64,000 nucleotides of DNA, taken from NCBI RefSeq assembly GCF_964194155.1, contig NC_135893.1, positions 16,988,001 through 17,052,000 on the forward strand, in the 5' to 3' direction. The stretch is from Cetorhinus maximus. Taxonomy: Eukaryota. The translations under genes and the position numbers were made by a program. This document shows, piece after piece, positions 1-12,004 of the stretch. A model generated the notes under the pieces. That model was not told the DNA's origin and ran no database searches. It worked only from the letters and a program-made list of their open reading frames with translations. The first letter of the stretch is position 1, and each line of letters starts with the position of its first letter.

Positions 1-284
1 AGCAAGTATTATGCACGAAACATAGGTTGCACTTACCAGTTAGTTTAACTGTGGTATGAGGCTAAATTCCAGGCAATGAGATAGAGAGGTGAGAGAAAGG
101 GTGAGTTACCTGGCAGTAAATAATACATTTATAATATTACACAATCCTCCACCAGTTGCCTCAGCACCTCCACCCAATTCTTCATCCACTATTTCAAAAA
201 TGATGCATTCAGGTTTTAAAAACATTATTTTAATCAAATAATAAATTGCTGGAAAATGTATCAACTCATACAGCTGCTCCACCA

Positions 285-1857
285 ATTGGTATGACCCACC
301 TCCTGCGCCCTCAATCCTATTACCATTAAATTGCTGACCACCCAACTTCCCCTACTAGTCCCCTTGTTAGCCAATATTGGTTCTCTCCCGGTGTTGTCCC
401 TCTCTCTTTTAAATCTGCTGTCATAGCCTCTCTCCTCAAAAGACAACCCTTGTTCCTACTGTTCTTGCAAGCCTCTGCCTCATCTGTAATCTCCCTTTCT
501 TCTCCAAAGACCTTGAACTTGTGAATCACTGTCCGAATGCATTCCTATTTTTCCTGAAATTAAAAGTTTGAATCCCTCTAATCAGGTTTCCATCCCTGCT
601 ACAGTAGTGAAACAGCTCCTGTTAAAGTCATAAATGGCATTCTATGTGACTGTGTCAAAGGTAAACTTTCCCTCGCCATCCTTCTTGACCTGTCCGCAGC
701 CTTTGACATGGTTGATCATACCATCCTCCCCCAACACCTCTCTACAGTTGTCAGGCTGATCTCACCTGGTTCCATTCTTATCTATCTAATCAGTGCCAGA
801 GTAGCACTTGAAATGGCTGCACTTCCCACTCCCACACCATTACCTCTGGTGTTCCCAAGGACCTATCCTTGGCCCCTTCCTATTTCTCATCTACATGCTG
901 CTCCTCAGTGACATCATCTGAAAGCATCGTTTTTTTTACGTCTGCTGACAACACCCAGATCTACCTCACTGCCACCTTTCTTGACTCCTCCACTGTTGCT
1001 AAATTATTGGACTGCTTATCCAACACCCAGTATTGGATAAGCAAACCTTTCCTCCAATTAAATATTGGGAATACTGAAGCTATTGGTCACTGCTCCAAAC
1101 TTCAGTCCCCAGCTAATTATTCCATCCCTCTCGCTGACAACAGAGACTAAGCCTGTCTATTTGCAATATAAATGTCTTTATCTGACCAAAGGTTGAGCTT
1201 CCAACCACATAGTGCCATCACTAACATTGTCTATTTTCACCCTGCCTGACTTTGACCCTGTCCCAGATCATCTGCTGCTGGGACCCTCTATCATGCCTTT
1301 ATTACCTTTAGACTTGACTATTGCAATGCTCTCCTGGCTAGTCTCCCACATTCTACCCTTCATAAACTTGAGGTCATCCAAAACTAAGCTCTTACGTCTT
1401 AACTTACACTAATTCCCCAGCACCCCTGTGCTCGCTGACTTACATTGGCTCCCGATCCAACATCTTGATCTTAAAATTCTCATCCTTGTTTCCAAATCCC
1501 TCCATGGCATTGCCCTCCCCTATCTCCATCATCTCATCCTCCCCTACAACCCTCTGCGATATCTGCGCTCATCTAATGCTGGCCTCTTGAGCGTCCCCAA
1601 TTTTAATTGTTCCTCTATTGGTGCCTGTGCCTTCAGCTAGCTAGAGCCTAAGCTCTCACTCTATCTCTTGCGTCTCTACCTCACTTTTCACCTTTAAGAC
1701 ACTCCTTAAAACCTGCGTCTTTGACCAAGCTTTTGGTAATGTGACCTAATATCTCCATATATGGCTCAGTGTTGTATTTTGTTTTATAATGCTGTTGTGA
1801 AGCACCTTGGGACATTTTATTCTGCTAAAGGTGCTAAATAAATGTAAGTTGCTGTTG
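285..1857 (+). mobile_element. 5'-truncated, decayed L2-clade LINE (RT region plus 3' tail)
   Basis: Translates to RT motifs LDLSAAFDMVDH (~683-720), GVPQG-like (~848) and xADNTQIY (~940), then LHWLPI (~1440). Ends in the L2-type tail 'gtgaagcaccttgggacatttt...aaaggtgctaaataaatgtaagttgctgttg'. Many frameshifts. Confidence 0.85.
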
Positions 1858-3599
1858 AATGTGGTTGAATTCCATTCCTGAAGACCAAGGCCACATGGCT
1901 TGTCTTGAATCAGGTTTGATCTCTCTTTGTGTGAAGAATGATTTTTTGATATCATTCCTACATTCAAACCTGTTGTTTTCGATTATTATAGTGAACCTCT
2001 TTGTAAATTTTCTCTGCACTGGCCCCAGCACATCAGTAGCTCCCTGTTGCCTCAGTGACCTGCACTTCATAGAGGAGTCGAGGTGTGGTCTGAGGAGCTG
2101 ACTTATTGCTGACCTCTGACATGAAAGCCTGAACCGCTGAAATCCAGCCATTTCTGGTATGGCAAGTGAAATTGAGCAGGGCCCCTCAGTCAAAGCTCTG
2201 CACCAGAATGGGTCACCTCCATCTCTGTCATGGTTTCCCTCCCATGGCCTCTCTATGGCCCCGATCAATCTGCAGTGGTGGGGGTGGGGAGGAAAGGGCT
2301 GGCACAATTCCCAAACACAGTTTCAATCAGGAAGAATGTTTACATTGAAATTGCAGTTTCTGAGCAGTTAATGCTACTTTCTAAGTATTCCATCGATGGA
2401 AACAATACCAGCTGCCAGCACAGTGATGCTTAATGTCTGGCTGGTGGCTGGATTGAGCTCCACATGCATCAGGGTCTTCCACTTCATGTCCTGCCTCCAT
2501 TATTGCATTGCAGATAGAGGTTCTGAACTCCTCCAACTATACCATTGTCAGCACCATGAAAGAGAGAGTCTCCACTGTTTGCCTGTGAGACCAATCCTCC
2601 TGAATCATTGTTGCCTGGTCTTGGAATCCTCTTACTATTTCAACTCCAGGGGCAGACATCTCCTCAAACTGGAGCCCAACTGCTTCTCTTCACTGCTGTT
2701 CTGGGATCCACCCAGTAATATCAGCACTGTGTCAGCAACACTGCCTCCCTAAGTGGGTGTATTTCAGCTGCTGTTTGAGTGAACAAAATGCCAAGGCAGA
2801 ATTGGTGATTCAGATACAGAAAGGGTTCTTCTGGAGATGGTCAGATGCTTCTTTCTTTCAGTATTCACTACGTTTAAGGGATGTAAAGGATAACTAACTT
2901 ATACACTGTGCTGCTTATCACTTTCAGTGTTACTCTGCACCTCCTCTGAGAGAGCTGACTGCTGCCACTGTGATTCCCACAAAACCTTGGCCCACACCCA
3001 GGGTGGTAATTTTTGAACTGTCGATGACCTTTCATCAGAATAAATAAACAAATAACTTACATTTATACTGCATGTTATTCACAGGACACTCCAAAGTGTT
3101 TCACATAATACAAATTATTTGCAAGTACAGTCACTGTTGTTATGTAGGCAAACAGTTCACCCAATATCATGTACAACTAAGCACCATGGAACAGGGAGTC
3201 CTCAGCTTCAGTCCTTCGCTTGTGCTGAGATACCTGGCCTCAGTTACATCTGAACTCAAAGCCAATGGATTGGGGAAAATAAAACAAAAATCAACCAGGA
3301 TTCCTGCTCCTAAATCTTTATCAAAACATCTAGAAATGCATGTACATTTATATAAAGCCTTTCACAACCTCAGGATTTACAGCCAATGAAATACTTTTGA
3401 AGTGTAGTCTCAAATATCCCACGTAGATAATATCCCATGCCATGACTCAAGGAAGAGTAGGGGAATCCTCCATCATTCATCCAACATTCCTCCTTCAGTC
3501 AGTGCTGTCTGTGGAATCAGGATGTGCTGTTTACATACATTCTAGGATTTGTAACATTTTACCACTTCAAAATTAATTGGCTGTCAAGTGGTTCAGTGT

Positions 3600-5216
3600 G
3601 TCTGGAAGTTGTTCAAAGACTCTTGCTTCTTCCAATGTCACTAGCACAGGTATGGGTACCCACATGTACCCTAGTTATGCCTGCCTTTTGCGATGTATGT
3701 AGAACATTCCTTGTTCCAGCCCTACTAATCCCCCTCCTGCAACTCTTTTTGCAGTACATCAGTGCTGCTTCCTGCTCTCGTCCAGAACAGGAAAAATTCA
3801 TCAATTTTCCTTCCAGTTCCACCCCTCTCTCACCTTCCCATGGTCCATCTCCAACACTTCTCTTCCTTGACTTCTCTCTCTCCATTTCTGGTGATAGACT
3901 ACCAATATTCATTACAAGCCCACTGACTTCCACAACTACCTTGACTACAACTCCTCACACCCTGCTTCCTGTAAGGACACCATCCCATTCTCCCAGTTTC
4001 TCTGCCTCCGTTGCATCTGTTCTGATGAATACTACCTTCCACAACGGCACTTCTGATATGTCTTCCTTTTTCCACAGCTGAGGAATGCCCCCCCCACACC
4101 CCCACCATGGTTGACAAGGCCCTCAACCGTGTCCGACCCATTTCCCGCAATTCTGCCCTCACCCCTTCCCCTCCCTCCCAAAATCATGAAAGGGCTCCCC
4201 TTGTCTTCACTTTCCACCCCACCAGCCTCCACTTTCAAAGGATAGTCCTCTGCCATTTCCACCAACTCCAGCATGATGCCACCACCAAACACATCTTTCC
4301 CTCTCCTCCCAGAATTCCGAAGGGACCATTTGCTCTGTGACACCCTGGTCCACTCCTCCATCACTCCCAGCACCTCTTCTCCTTCCCACAGCACCTTCCC
4401 ATGCAATCACAGGTGGTGTGTAACACCTTCCATCTCTTCCTCCTTCACCATCCAAGGCCCCAAACACTCCTTTCGGGTGAAGCAGTGATTCGCTTGTACC
4501 TTTTGCAATTTAGTCTACTGTATTCGCTGCTCACAATGCGGTTTCCTGTACATTGGGGAGACTAAACACAGACTGGGTGACTGCTTTGCAGAACACCTTC
4601 ACTCAGTCTGCAAGCATGACCCTGACCTTCCTGTCGCTTGCCCTTTCAATTCATCATCTTACTCTCACGCTTACATCTCTGTTCTCAGCCTGCTGCAATG
4701 TTCCGGTGAAGGCCAATGCAAACTGGAGGAACAGCAGCTCATCTTTCGATTGGACACTTTACAGCCTTTTGGACTCAACATTGAGTTCAACAACTTCAGA
4801 CCATGAACTCTGTCTTCCATTTTGAATTTTTCCCCTTAGTGCTAATCTGCACCTTGTTCTCATTTTGTTTTAAGACAGTGCTGACCCTTTTTCTGCTATT
4901 AACACCTATTCTGGACCAAAGCTTTAGTCTTTAATACTATCATTACCAATCCCTTTGTCTTGTGTTCCATGACATCTTTGCCATTTAATCTCTTCTGCCC
5001 TCCAACCTATCCCTGACCTTCTATTCTGCTCCACCCGCCCCTCCCCCCTTAATGCAACAGCATTAAAACTCATCACATTTCTACCTCTCTCTAGTTCCGA
5101 AGAAGAGTCATATTGGGCTCGACGCGTTAAGTCTGTTTCTCTTTCCACAGATGCTGAGTTTTTCCAGCATTTTCTGTTTTTATTTCCAATCTCCAGCATC
5201 CACAGTATTTCGCTTT
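3600..5216 (+). mobile_element. Decayed Penelope-like retroelement (RT fragment, GIY-YIG endonuclease, 3' terminal repeat with degenerate hammerhead motif)
   Basis: MGTHMYPSYACL-like RT motif at ~3651. VYCIRCSQCGFLYIGETKHRLGDCFAEHL (GIY-YIG) at ~4513-4600. Terminal 'agttccgaagaagagtcatattgggctcgacgcgttaa...cacagatgctgagtttttccagcattttctg' at ~5093-5200. Confidence 0.85.
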
Positions 5217-5412
5217 TACATCAGCTACTCTATTCTCGCTTTCTGATGCTAACACACCCGCAGGACATTTTCTGCTTTAATTTCATATCTGATCCTCAGC
5301 ATACTGATAGAGCTGTGTCTATTTGAATGATAAACATCTAATGAGGTTAATTTTATTTAAGGCAAAATAAGATTCAGTCCTAATGATCTCTTATGTGAAA
5401 GAAAAGTGATCG

Positions 5413-5469
5413 AGCGCCATCTGGTGTTCCATTTGACATCTGCAGCAAGATAACAGCACCCTCCAGTGG
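5413..5469 (-). promoter_or_regulatory. Pair of CTCF-like motifs
   Basis: The minus strand reads CACCAGATGGCGCT (5413-5426) and CCACTGGAGGGTGCTG (5454-5469), both close to the CTCF core CCASYAGRKGGCRS. Confidence 0.5.
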
Positions 5470-6029
5470 AAAATAGCCAAAACTGAGTTGATTCCTCAAA
5501 TGTTATTTCCCTGATTCATAGTTACACTGAGCCATTTCATCAATAGAAAAACACAACTAGAATCATACATTTTCATTTTGATTTGAATATTTCACTAGTA
5601 CTGGACACAGGCTGGCTGCAGTGATTGAAGATTTAATCACAGATCTGCCACTAAATAAATCATAGAATCATACAGTGCAGGCCATTCTGCCCAGTGTGCC
5701 TGTGGCAGCTCTTTGAAAGAGTTATCCAATTGGTCCCACTCTGCATTCTCCTTCCACACAGCCCATAAAAGTGGAATGGGTTTTGATTCCCTCTGCAATC
5801 ACTGACTCTGCCTGCCCCTTCCATGGAGCGCATTGTAGTTCATCCTGATACTGCTCTCACCTGACCACCAACCATGTGGGTTTTCCGGCAGGGGTCTTTC
5901 TCTAATCAGGGAGCAGTTCTATCTTTTAGCAAACCTAACTGCTGCCAAACCAAGATTAGTGAGCTGGGCACAAGTCAGGGATTATACCAGTGCTGGTCTA
6001 AGGTACATTTGGAGAACGCAGGGGATTTA

Positions 6030-6290
6030 CGAGGGAACTTCAGCTATGCGGAGTGGCTAGAGAAGCTGGGACTGTTCTCCTCAGAAAAAGTTTGAGGAGA
6101 TATTTAATAAAGGTTCAAAATTATGAGGCACCTTGATAGAGTAAATAAGGAGAAACTGTTTCCACTGGGCAAAAGAAGTGGGAAGTTGAGGACATATTCA
6201 TGTTGTGATCTGGAATGCACTGCCTGAAAGGGTGATGGAAACAGATTCAACAGTAACTTTCAAAAGAGAATTGGATAAATGTTTGAAAAG
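6030..6290 (+). mobile_element. CR1 LINE 3' fragment
   Basis: Encodes SYAEWLEKLGLFS and IWNALPE, both typical of the CR1 ORF2 C-terminus. Confidence 0.75.
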
Positions 6291-7147
6291 GCAGCCCACT
6301 TGATTTCATCCACCCACCCAGACACTTGACCATCTCCCATTAACAGCTGCTTCTGGAGTCTGGGGTGCCATGAAGATGGACCTCAATGGCAGTAACCAAG
6401 GAAGAGTTTGGGGGGAGGGGGGTGTGTGGAACTGATGGCGGTGGGAGACCATGTGATAAAACCTCTAGGAATCTGTCGAGTTGGCAACCTTGTCCACATC
6501 TCCTTCCTCTAGCCCCATTCTATTGGGAAGAGATCTATAACTTCAAGCTGAAAGCATAAGCAAGTGATTGAGCTATGCCAGGAGATTAACAATAGCAGCC
6601 TCAAAGTCCTCATGATATTTGTTCAGTTTTATTTTCTTTTCTACTTTTCTCCCCTTGTGTCCTGAAGGTGTCAGCTCAAGCTAGGAGCAATCTCTCTGGT
6701 AACTTTCCCCATTAGCCTAGACATTGAATACCAGCACACTATTCAATCACGCAGGTTCTGATGGTCACCTATTTTCAAGCACAAGTCACTAGATAGTGAT
6801 ATGGAATTGCATCCCCCCACCACCACAGTGCTTAGGCTAATGGTAGCGCCCGTGGTAGTGGAGGTGACTGCCTCCCGAAGCTGAGATCAGCCTAGATAAG
6901 GAATGGAACCTGCAACCCACTGGTCTCTCCAGCACAAGGTCACAGCACACACTGCATTTATTCACTGATGTAGTAGCTTAATTTGTTCAATTCATTTTAA
7001 CTGTTTTCTTTGTTAATTACCATTTTTATATGCATCTTTTTGTAATTAGGGCGTGTGATATTTAGTGTCAGGAAATGAAAGAGTTTCTCATTTTGTACAT
7101 CCAGTGTCAGGGTTGACATGAAATACTCCCAGATTAGGTACAGCGCA

Positions 7148-7230
7148 GGTTAAATACAGAGTGAAGCTCCCAGTACACTGGGTAAATGCAGAGTAAAGCT
7201 CCCAGTACACTGGGTAAATACAGAGTGCAG
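7148..7230. repeat. Short tandem repeat, ~31-bp unit, ~2.6 copies
   Basis: 'ggtaaatacagagtgaagctcccagtacactg' is repeated with a few substitutions. Confidence 0.75.
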
Positions 7231-7532
7231 CTTCTGGCAGGCTACCCCAATTGTACCAGTCTGACATGTTTCATATAAGAGCCATCCTTGTGGCCTCTCT
7301 CAGTAAATGCATCAGCTTAGTGTGATCTCGTCTGGAGTCGGGGCAGTTTCGTGCTGTAGACTGCTGTCCAAGGGGAATTGGTTGGAGGCTGCAGGAATCT
7401 TAGAGCCTGCAGTCAGAGGAGTCTTTCAGCCTATTAATCTGGGCTGGATTTGAATTCAGGTCCCAGAGACAGAAGGCCAGTATTTAGCCCACAGGCCTGT
7501 CAGCAGCATATATAAGGACAATATAGAGAGAT

Positions 7533-7538
7533 TTTATT
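7533..7538 (-). terminator. Candidate THAP3 polyadenylation signal (AATAAA)
   Basis: The first canonical AATAAA I found on the minus strand downstream of the THAP3 stop, ~770 nt away. Confidence 0.35.
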
Positions 7539-8305
7539 CTTCATAAGGTTCCATCAGAATGGCACTAGACAGCATCCGAATCGTGTTCCAACACGACTGA
7601 TACCAGCGACAGTACAGTAGATAGCAATTAAAAAACACAGGCCCAACTAAACTGCCTGGGATCTGTACCTCGAACTGATGTACAATGTACAGATTTCCTT
7701 ACTCCTAGCAGTTACTACCCAAGGGGTTTGCTGCTTTACATTAACAGCACAGGATCTTGTAGAAGGAATTAAACTGGCAGATATTACAGAAGAGCAGCAA
7801 AGGAATTCACAGTCTGGGCATCAAGGCATCTCACATATAAGAAAGTAAATCTGATTTCTGGGCACGCAAGCAGGGCATAATTTGAACATCAGGGCTTCTT
7901 ATTGACGTGCAACGTGGTCCAAAAGGTCAGAGACTTGTGATCCCAAGCTGGCTGTCATCATGGGTCTCTCCCTGACTTATGACGGCCTGCCACACTCCAC
8001 GGCTAGAATTCCTTTCCACTCAGTTGCTGAGAAGTTCCCTGGGATCAGGAGGACAGCACGGCAGGTTATAATCATGGAGGGGAGAGACTAGTCGTGGTGT
8101 GACCAGCTTGATTTACATCCCGGCCATCATTTCTGGATTAAGAATGACTGTCTGTACTTCTGTCTTTAAACTGTTCAAGCTTCATTTGTTGCAGTCTTTT
8201 TGCACCAGCAAGTTGACACTGCTAGTTTTACCTTGTGGACCTCATGGAGACTCTGCAAGTTGTCCCCTCACTCACCACCTCATTGTCCTCCAAACAATCA
8301 GTGAT

Positions 8306-8626
8306 TTAGTTCATACAGCGCTGTAGCTGGGTTATGCCTGCGAGGTTCAGTCCGCTGGCTGTCAACAAACTCTTGGCTCTCAGATCCTCCAGCTCGTCCT
8401 TAACCGCTTGCCACTTCTTCATCATCCTCCTCATCTCCTCCTGCTTCACCTTCAGCCGTTTCCTCAGCTTCTCGTTTTTCTCCAGGGCAGAAAACAGCCT
8501 CTTCTTCATCATGCCCAGGTTTGTGGCAGCATAAGTGTGGTCAGCACTGCCCTCGGAGGGAGCACCTTTCTCTGGGGTTGCCTGCAGCGGGTTCTCCTGT
8601 CCTGCACTTGACGAGGGCAGGGGCAC
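8306..8626 (-). CDS. THAP3: THAP domain-containing protein 3, last coding exon (HCF-1-binding motif DHTY and coiled coil)
   Basis: Acceptor ttctgttccctcag|GTG, phase 0. Encodes DHTY ([D/E]HxY motif) followed by the coiled coil KKRLFSALEKNEKLRKRLK. Stop at 8306-8308. Confidence 0.9.
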   Translation of the reverse strand: MPLPSSSAGQENPLQATPEKGAPSEGSADHTYAATNLGMMKKRLFSALEKNEKLRKRLKVKQEEMRRMMKKWQAVKDELEDLRAKSLLTASGLNLAGITQLQRCMN

Positions 8627-9159
8627 CTGAGGGAACAGAAATCTGAGACTGAGTTAACGAAATAAAAGCTCATCACCGGGGCAAACACACAGGACCACAT
8701 GCTTATCCCCGCAGCTATGGGTGACCAACTCACATCCTTGCAGATGCACATGGCCATATGCTCCCCTGGAGTCGTGTGTGACCACTTTCCCTCTGCAGAG
8801 ATGCGTGGTCATTTTCCCCCTAATGATTGAGATTACATTGTGTCAGTAATGTGGGAGCACCCAAGCCTGTGTTCTCCTGGGCTGCATTGGGATCATGGAA
8901 TGTTGAGGGTCAATGATAAAGTTTACATCGCATTACATTAATTTGCATATACAGTTCCCATCACTTCAGCTGCCTGTGTTGGGTTAAAAGCACTAATCAT
9001 TAACCAAACACATCATTATCAACTTCAAAGTTGCCGTTTTTAGCGTATTAAACGCACCGTTTATTTTCAGGGGAAAACAGTCGTGTTTACTCACTAGTTT
9101 GCACCCTGTTAGGGTGCACTTAATGCCAAAGAAAAAGATATCAGTAAAATGTAAACAAC

Positions 9160-9290
9160 ACCTTGTGAAGAAAGATCATTAACCTGAAACCTTAACACTG
9201 TTTTTTTCTCTTCACAGATGCTGCCAGACCTGCTGAATGTTTCCAGCATTTTCTATTGTTTCAGGTTTCCAGCATCCGCAATATTACATT
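9160..9290 (+). mobile_element. Short Penelope-terminal-repeat-derived insert with degenerate hammerhead motif
   Basis: 'tgtgaagaaagatcattaacctgaaaccttaac...cacagatgctgccagacctgctgaatgtttccagcatt' is homologous to 5093-5216. Confidence 0.7.
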
Positions 9291-9639
9291 TTAGGTTTCC
9301 AATGATGTTCAATTATCTTTTGAGTATTTAAGGCCTTTGAATCCCCACTAAGCGATGTGGGCGTTAGAGTCTATACTAAGCAATGACTGCAGGACAGAGT
9401 GCAGCTAGAAACAACAATGCCTTTGCATTCTTGGAATCAGTATTTAAATCCAGTCCAGCCACATGGAATGAAAGGTTCCTCTCTCTGGCTGTTAAGAGAA
9501 ATTAGTTTCAAAGCCTTAAACCATCTCAGTGGGTAGGAATTCAAAAGGCATATTTGACACAATTCCTACTTTAACTCAGCAGCTTCACTCAGTGGATTGC
9601 TGAGGATATATAATATAGGACCAGCTAAAATCACATGAA

Positions 9640-9815
9640 TAGCATAGATGGATTTAAGGGGAAGATAAATAAGATGAAAATAATAGAAGGATATGCCGAC
9701 TGGGTGAGATGGAGAGAGGTTGGAGGAGAGTCGTGTGGAGCATAAACACTTGTGTGGACCAGTCGGGCTGAATCCCCCTGTTTCTGTACTGTGAATACTG
9801 TATAATTCTATGTAA
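9640..9815 (+). mobile_element. CR1 3' UTR fragment
   Basis: 'gatggatttaaggggaagataaataag...cctgtttctgtactgtgaatactgtataattctatg' is a CR1-type 3' end. Confidence 0.6.
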
Positions 9816-10249
9816 CAGTGGAAAAAGAACACCACAAAGGACGAACTTACACGTTATAAATTAGAGTACCGTAGTAATGTGACCAGCCACTGCATATCAC
9901 AGGCAAATCGTGTTCACATGAATACACCCACTATAAGCAGTGCCAGGTGGAACAGAATTTATCCACCAATGAGATGACAGCTAAAAACAGCCCACAATAT
10001 TCAAACAGTCAAACTAATGGGAAAGAATTTTAAGTGTAAACAGAGCGGAGCTGCCTGAGTTTGTGGCTGCAGCTGTGCCCAGCACAAGGATGAATGACAG
10101 CAATCCACACTTTCGGATCACCCTCCCTCCCCATGTGGCCTTTGCCTGGAATCTCCCTCATAGGCACAGCTGGTATAACTAGTTCGCTGCATGGGGAATC
10201 CTCAGCAGGAATCCATGGTGTGGCACCCATGAGTTCAAACAAGTAAAGG

Positions 10250-10670
10250 AAGGCTTGCATTTAAATAGCTCCTTTCATGTCCACCGATGTCCCAAAGCAC
10301 TTTACAAGTGTAACCACTGCTGCAATGTTGGAAGCGTGGCAGCCAATTTGTGCACAGCAAGCTCCCACAAACACCATTGTGATAGTAACCAGAATATTTC
10401 CTTTTAATGAGGGATAATTATTGGTCAGGATGGTGGAGCGAACTCCTGTGCTCTTGTCTGAAATAAGACCATAAGCGCTTTTACATCCACCTGGGAAGGC
10501 ACCTCATCCAAGAGTCAGCATCTCTGACAGTGCAGCTCTCTCTCTCTCTCCCCCACCGCCCCCCACCCGCCCTGTACACTGCTGGACAATCAGCATAGAT
10601 CATAAAGTCTTTGGACTGGGACTTAAATTCACGACTTTCTGGCTCAAAGGTGTGCGAGTACTACCACCTC
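10250..10670 (-). mobile_element. Deu-domain SINE (SacSINE1/AmnSINE1-like)
   Basis: Family core 'gtggcagccaatttgtgcacagcaagctcccacaaac...tgacagtgcagc' with an L2-type tail. Many homologous copies in the window. Confidence 0.75.
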
Positions 10671-10798
10671 TGCAGCATTTCCCCCCCCACCAACCCGAGT
10701 CAAATCTGAGTATTGCTTCCCCACCTGGATGAGTATTCGACTCCTCAGAGCGTCAAAACACTCTGAGTTGAAATGCTCCAACTAAACCAAATACCTAC

Positions 10799-10879
10799 CG
10801 TCTCGACTTTTTCCTCAGTTACTTCAGGATTTGTCACATCGGTAGCCATTTTCAACTTTTTCCTTGCCCGATGCCTCTG
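10799..10879 (-). CDS. THAP3: THAP3 probable coding exon 3 (QRHRARKKLKMATDVTNPEVTEEKVET)
   Basis: 81-nt open phase 0/0 exon between acceptor ttgttatttcag and donor gtaggt. It keeps the frame between exons 2 and 4. The sequence is too diverged to confirm by recalled homology. Confidence 0.65.
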
Positions 10880-11524
10880 CTGAAATAACAAACAAGATCA
10901 CACCTTGGACCATAGTTTTAGAACAGGGGAGAAAGAGTGAAAGATCTTTATTCAAAATCTCATAGAAGTAACGATTGACTCAGGTATGGATTCCACAGGC
11001 ACCATCAATCTTCAGGCACCCTGCAAAAAAACACATTCTTCACTGGAGAATCTCTAATGTGAGTTTAGGTGGGCTGTTTGACTTTGGCAGCATCACGTCA
11101 CCACTCCCCCAGGAGTCTATCCACATGCAATACACTTACAAAAGGTCACTGAAGAGCGATCAAGAGTGAGAACCCCAGAAAGATGCAACCATTCCACGGC
11201 ACATTGAGATATTCAAATGGCAAAATCTCTCATTCTAGTTGTCAGCAATAGGATTGAGCACTACAGGCTACACAGCAGAGAATGCAGAGTCCAGCTCCCC
11301 TCTGTTCTATTGCCTCAGCCCCCAGCCTTAGTGGAGTGCTTACTTCTGCACACCTGCCATCCTACAGCCTCGCAATGGGCCTCCTGGGACTAGGTTGAAA
11401 AGCCCAACCTTTGCAGCCAGTGTAAGCTCTCGCCTCGGTTTAGATTATAACCAGGTCCCAGCGGTGAAAGGCCAGCATTTACTCCCCTGCGCCACCCAGT
11501 CCCTCCACACTCTTCTCTACTTCA

Positions 11525-11795
11525 ACAACAACTTGAACGTATGCAATGCCTTTGATGCGTTAAAACATCCCAGGGCACTCATGGGAAAATTATCAAACAA
11601 GGTTTGGGACCGAGTCTTATAGGTGATATCAGGAGAGACGGTGAGGTAGGTTTTAAGATTATCTTAAAGGAAGAGAGAGAGTTGGGGAGGCAGACAGCTT
11701 TAGAGTGTGATTCTGGAGCTTCGATTCCGGGCAGCTGAAGGTTTGGTCGCCAATGGTTGAGCAATTAAAATTGGGGCTGTGCAAGAGGCCAGAAC
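11525..11795 (-). mobile_element. L2 LINE 3' fragment
   Basis: Reverse-complement similarity to 1590-1857. Confidence 0.7.
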
Positions 11796-11811
11796 TACAT
11801 GCATACTATAC

Positions 11812-12004
11812 CTTCACAATCTCTGAGTAGCGGAAAACTGTGGGTACAGCATTATGCTTCAGATTCTTTCGGTTGCCCCAAGTGTTGAAACACTCTGGTT
11901 TGAAATGCTCTGAACAAATGACTGTGTGTTGGTTGGGTTTGAACTCTGCTCTTCCGACATTGTTCATCCACTGTGTTAATAGGTCTGGCTTGCTGAAGGG
12001 AAAC
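11812..12004 (-). CDS. THAP3: THAP3 coding exon 2 (THAP zinc-finger core)
   Basis: FPFSKPDLLTQWMNNVGRAEFKPNQHTVICSEHFKPECFNTWGNRKNLKHNAVPTVF closely matches vertebrate THAP3, including CSEHF and the AVPTVF box. AG/GT boundaries, 193 nt. Confidence 0.95.

Noticed and set aside
10030-10260. Possible additional THAP3 exon (76-aa ORF)
   Set aside because: No convincing splice-site pair or homology, and the four-exon model is already in frame.
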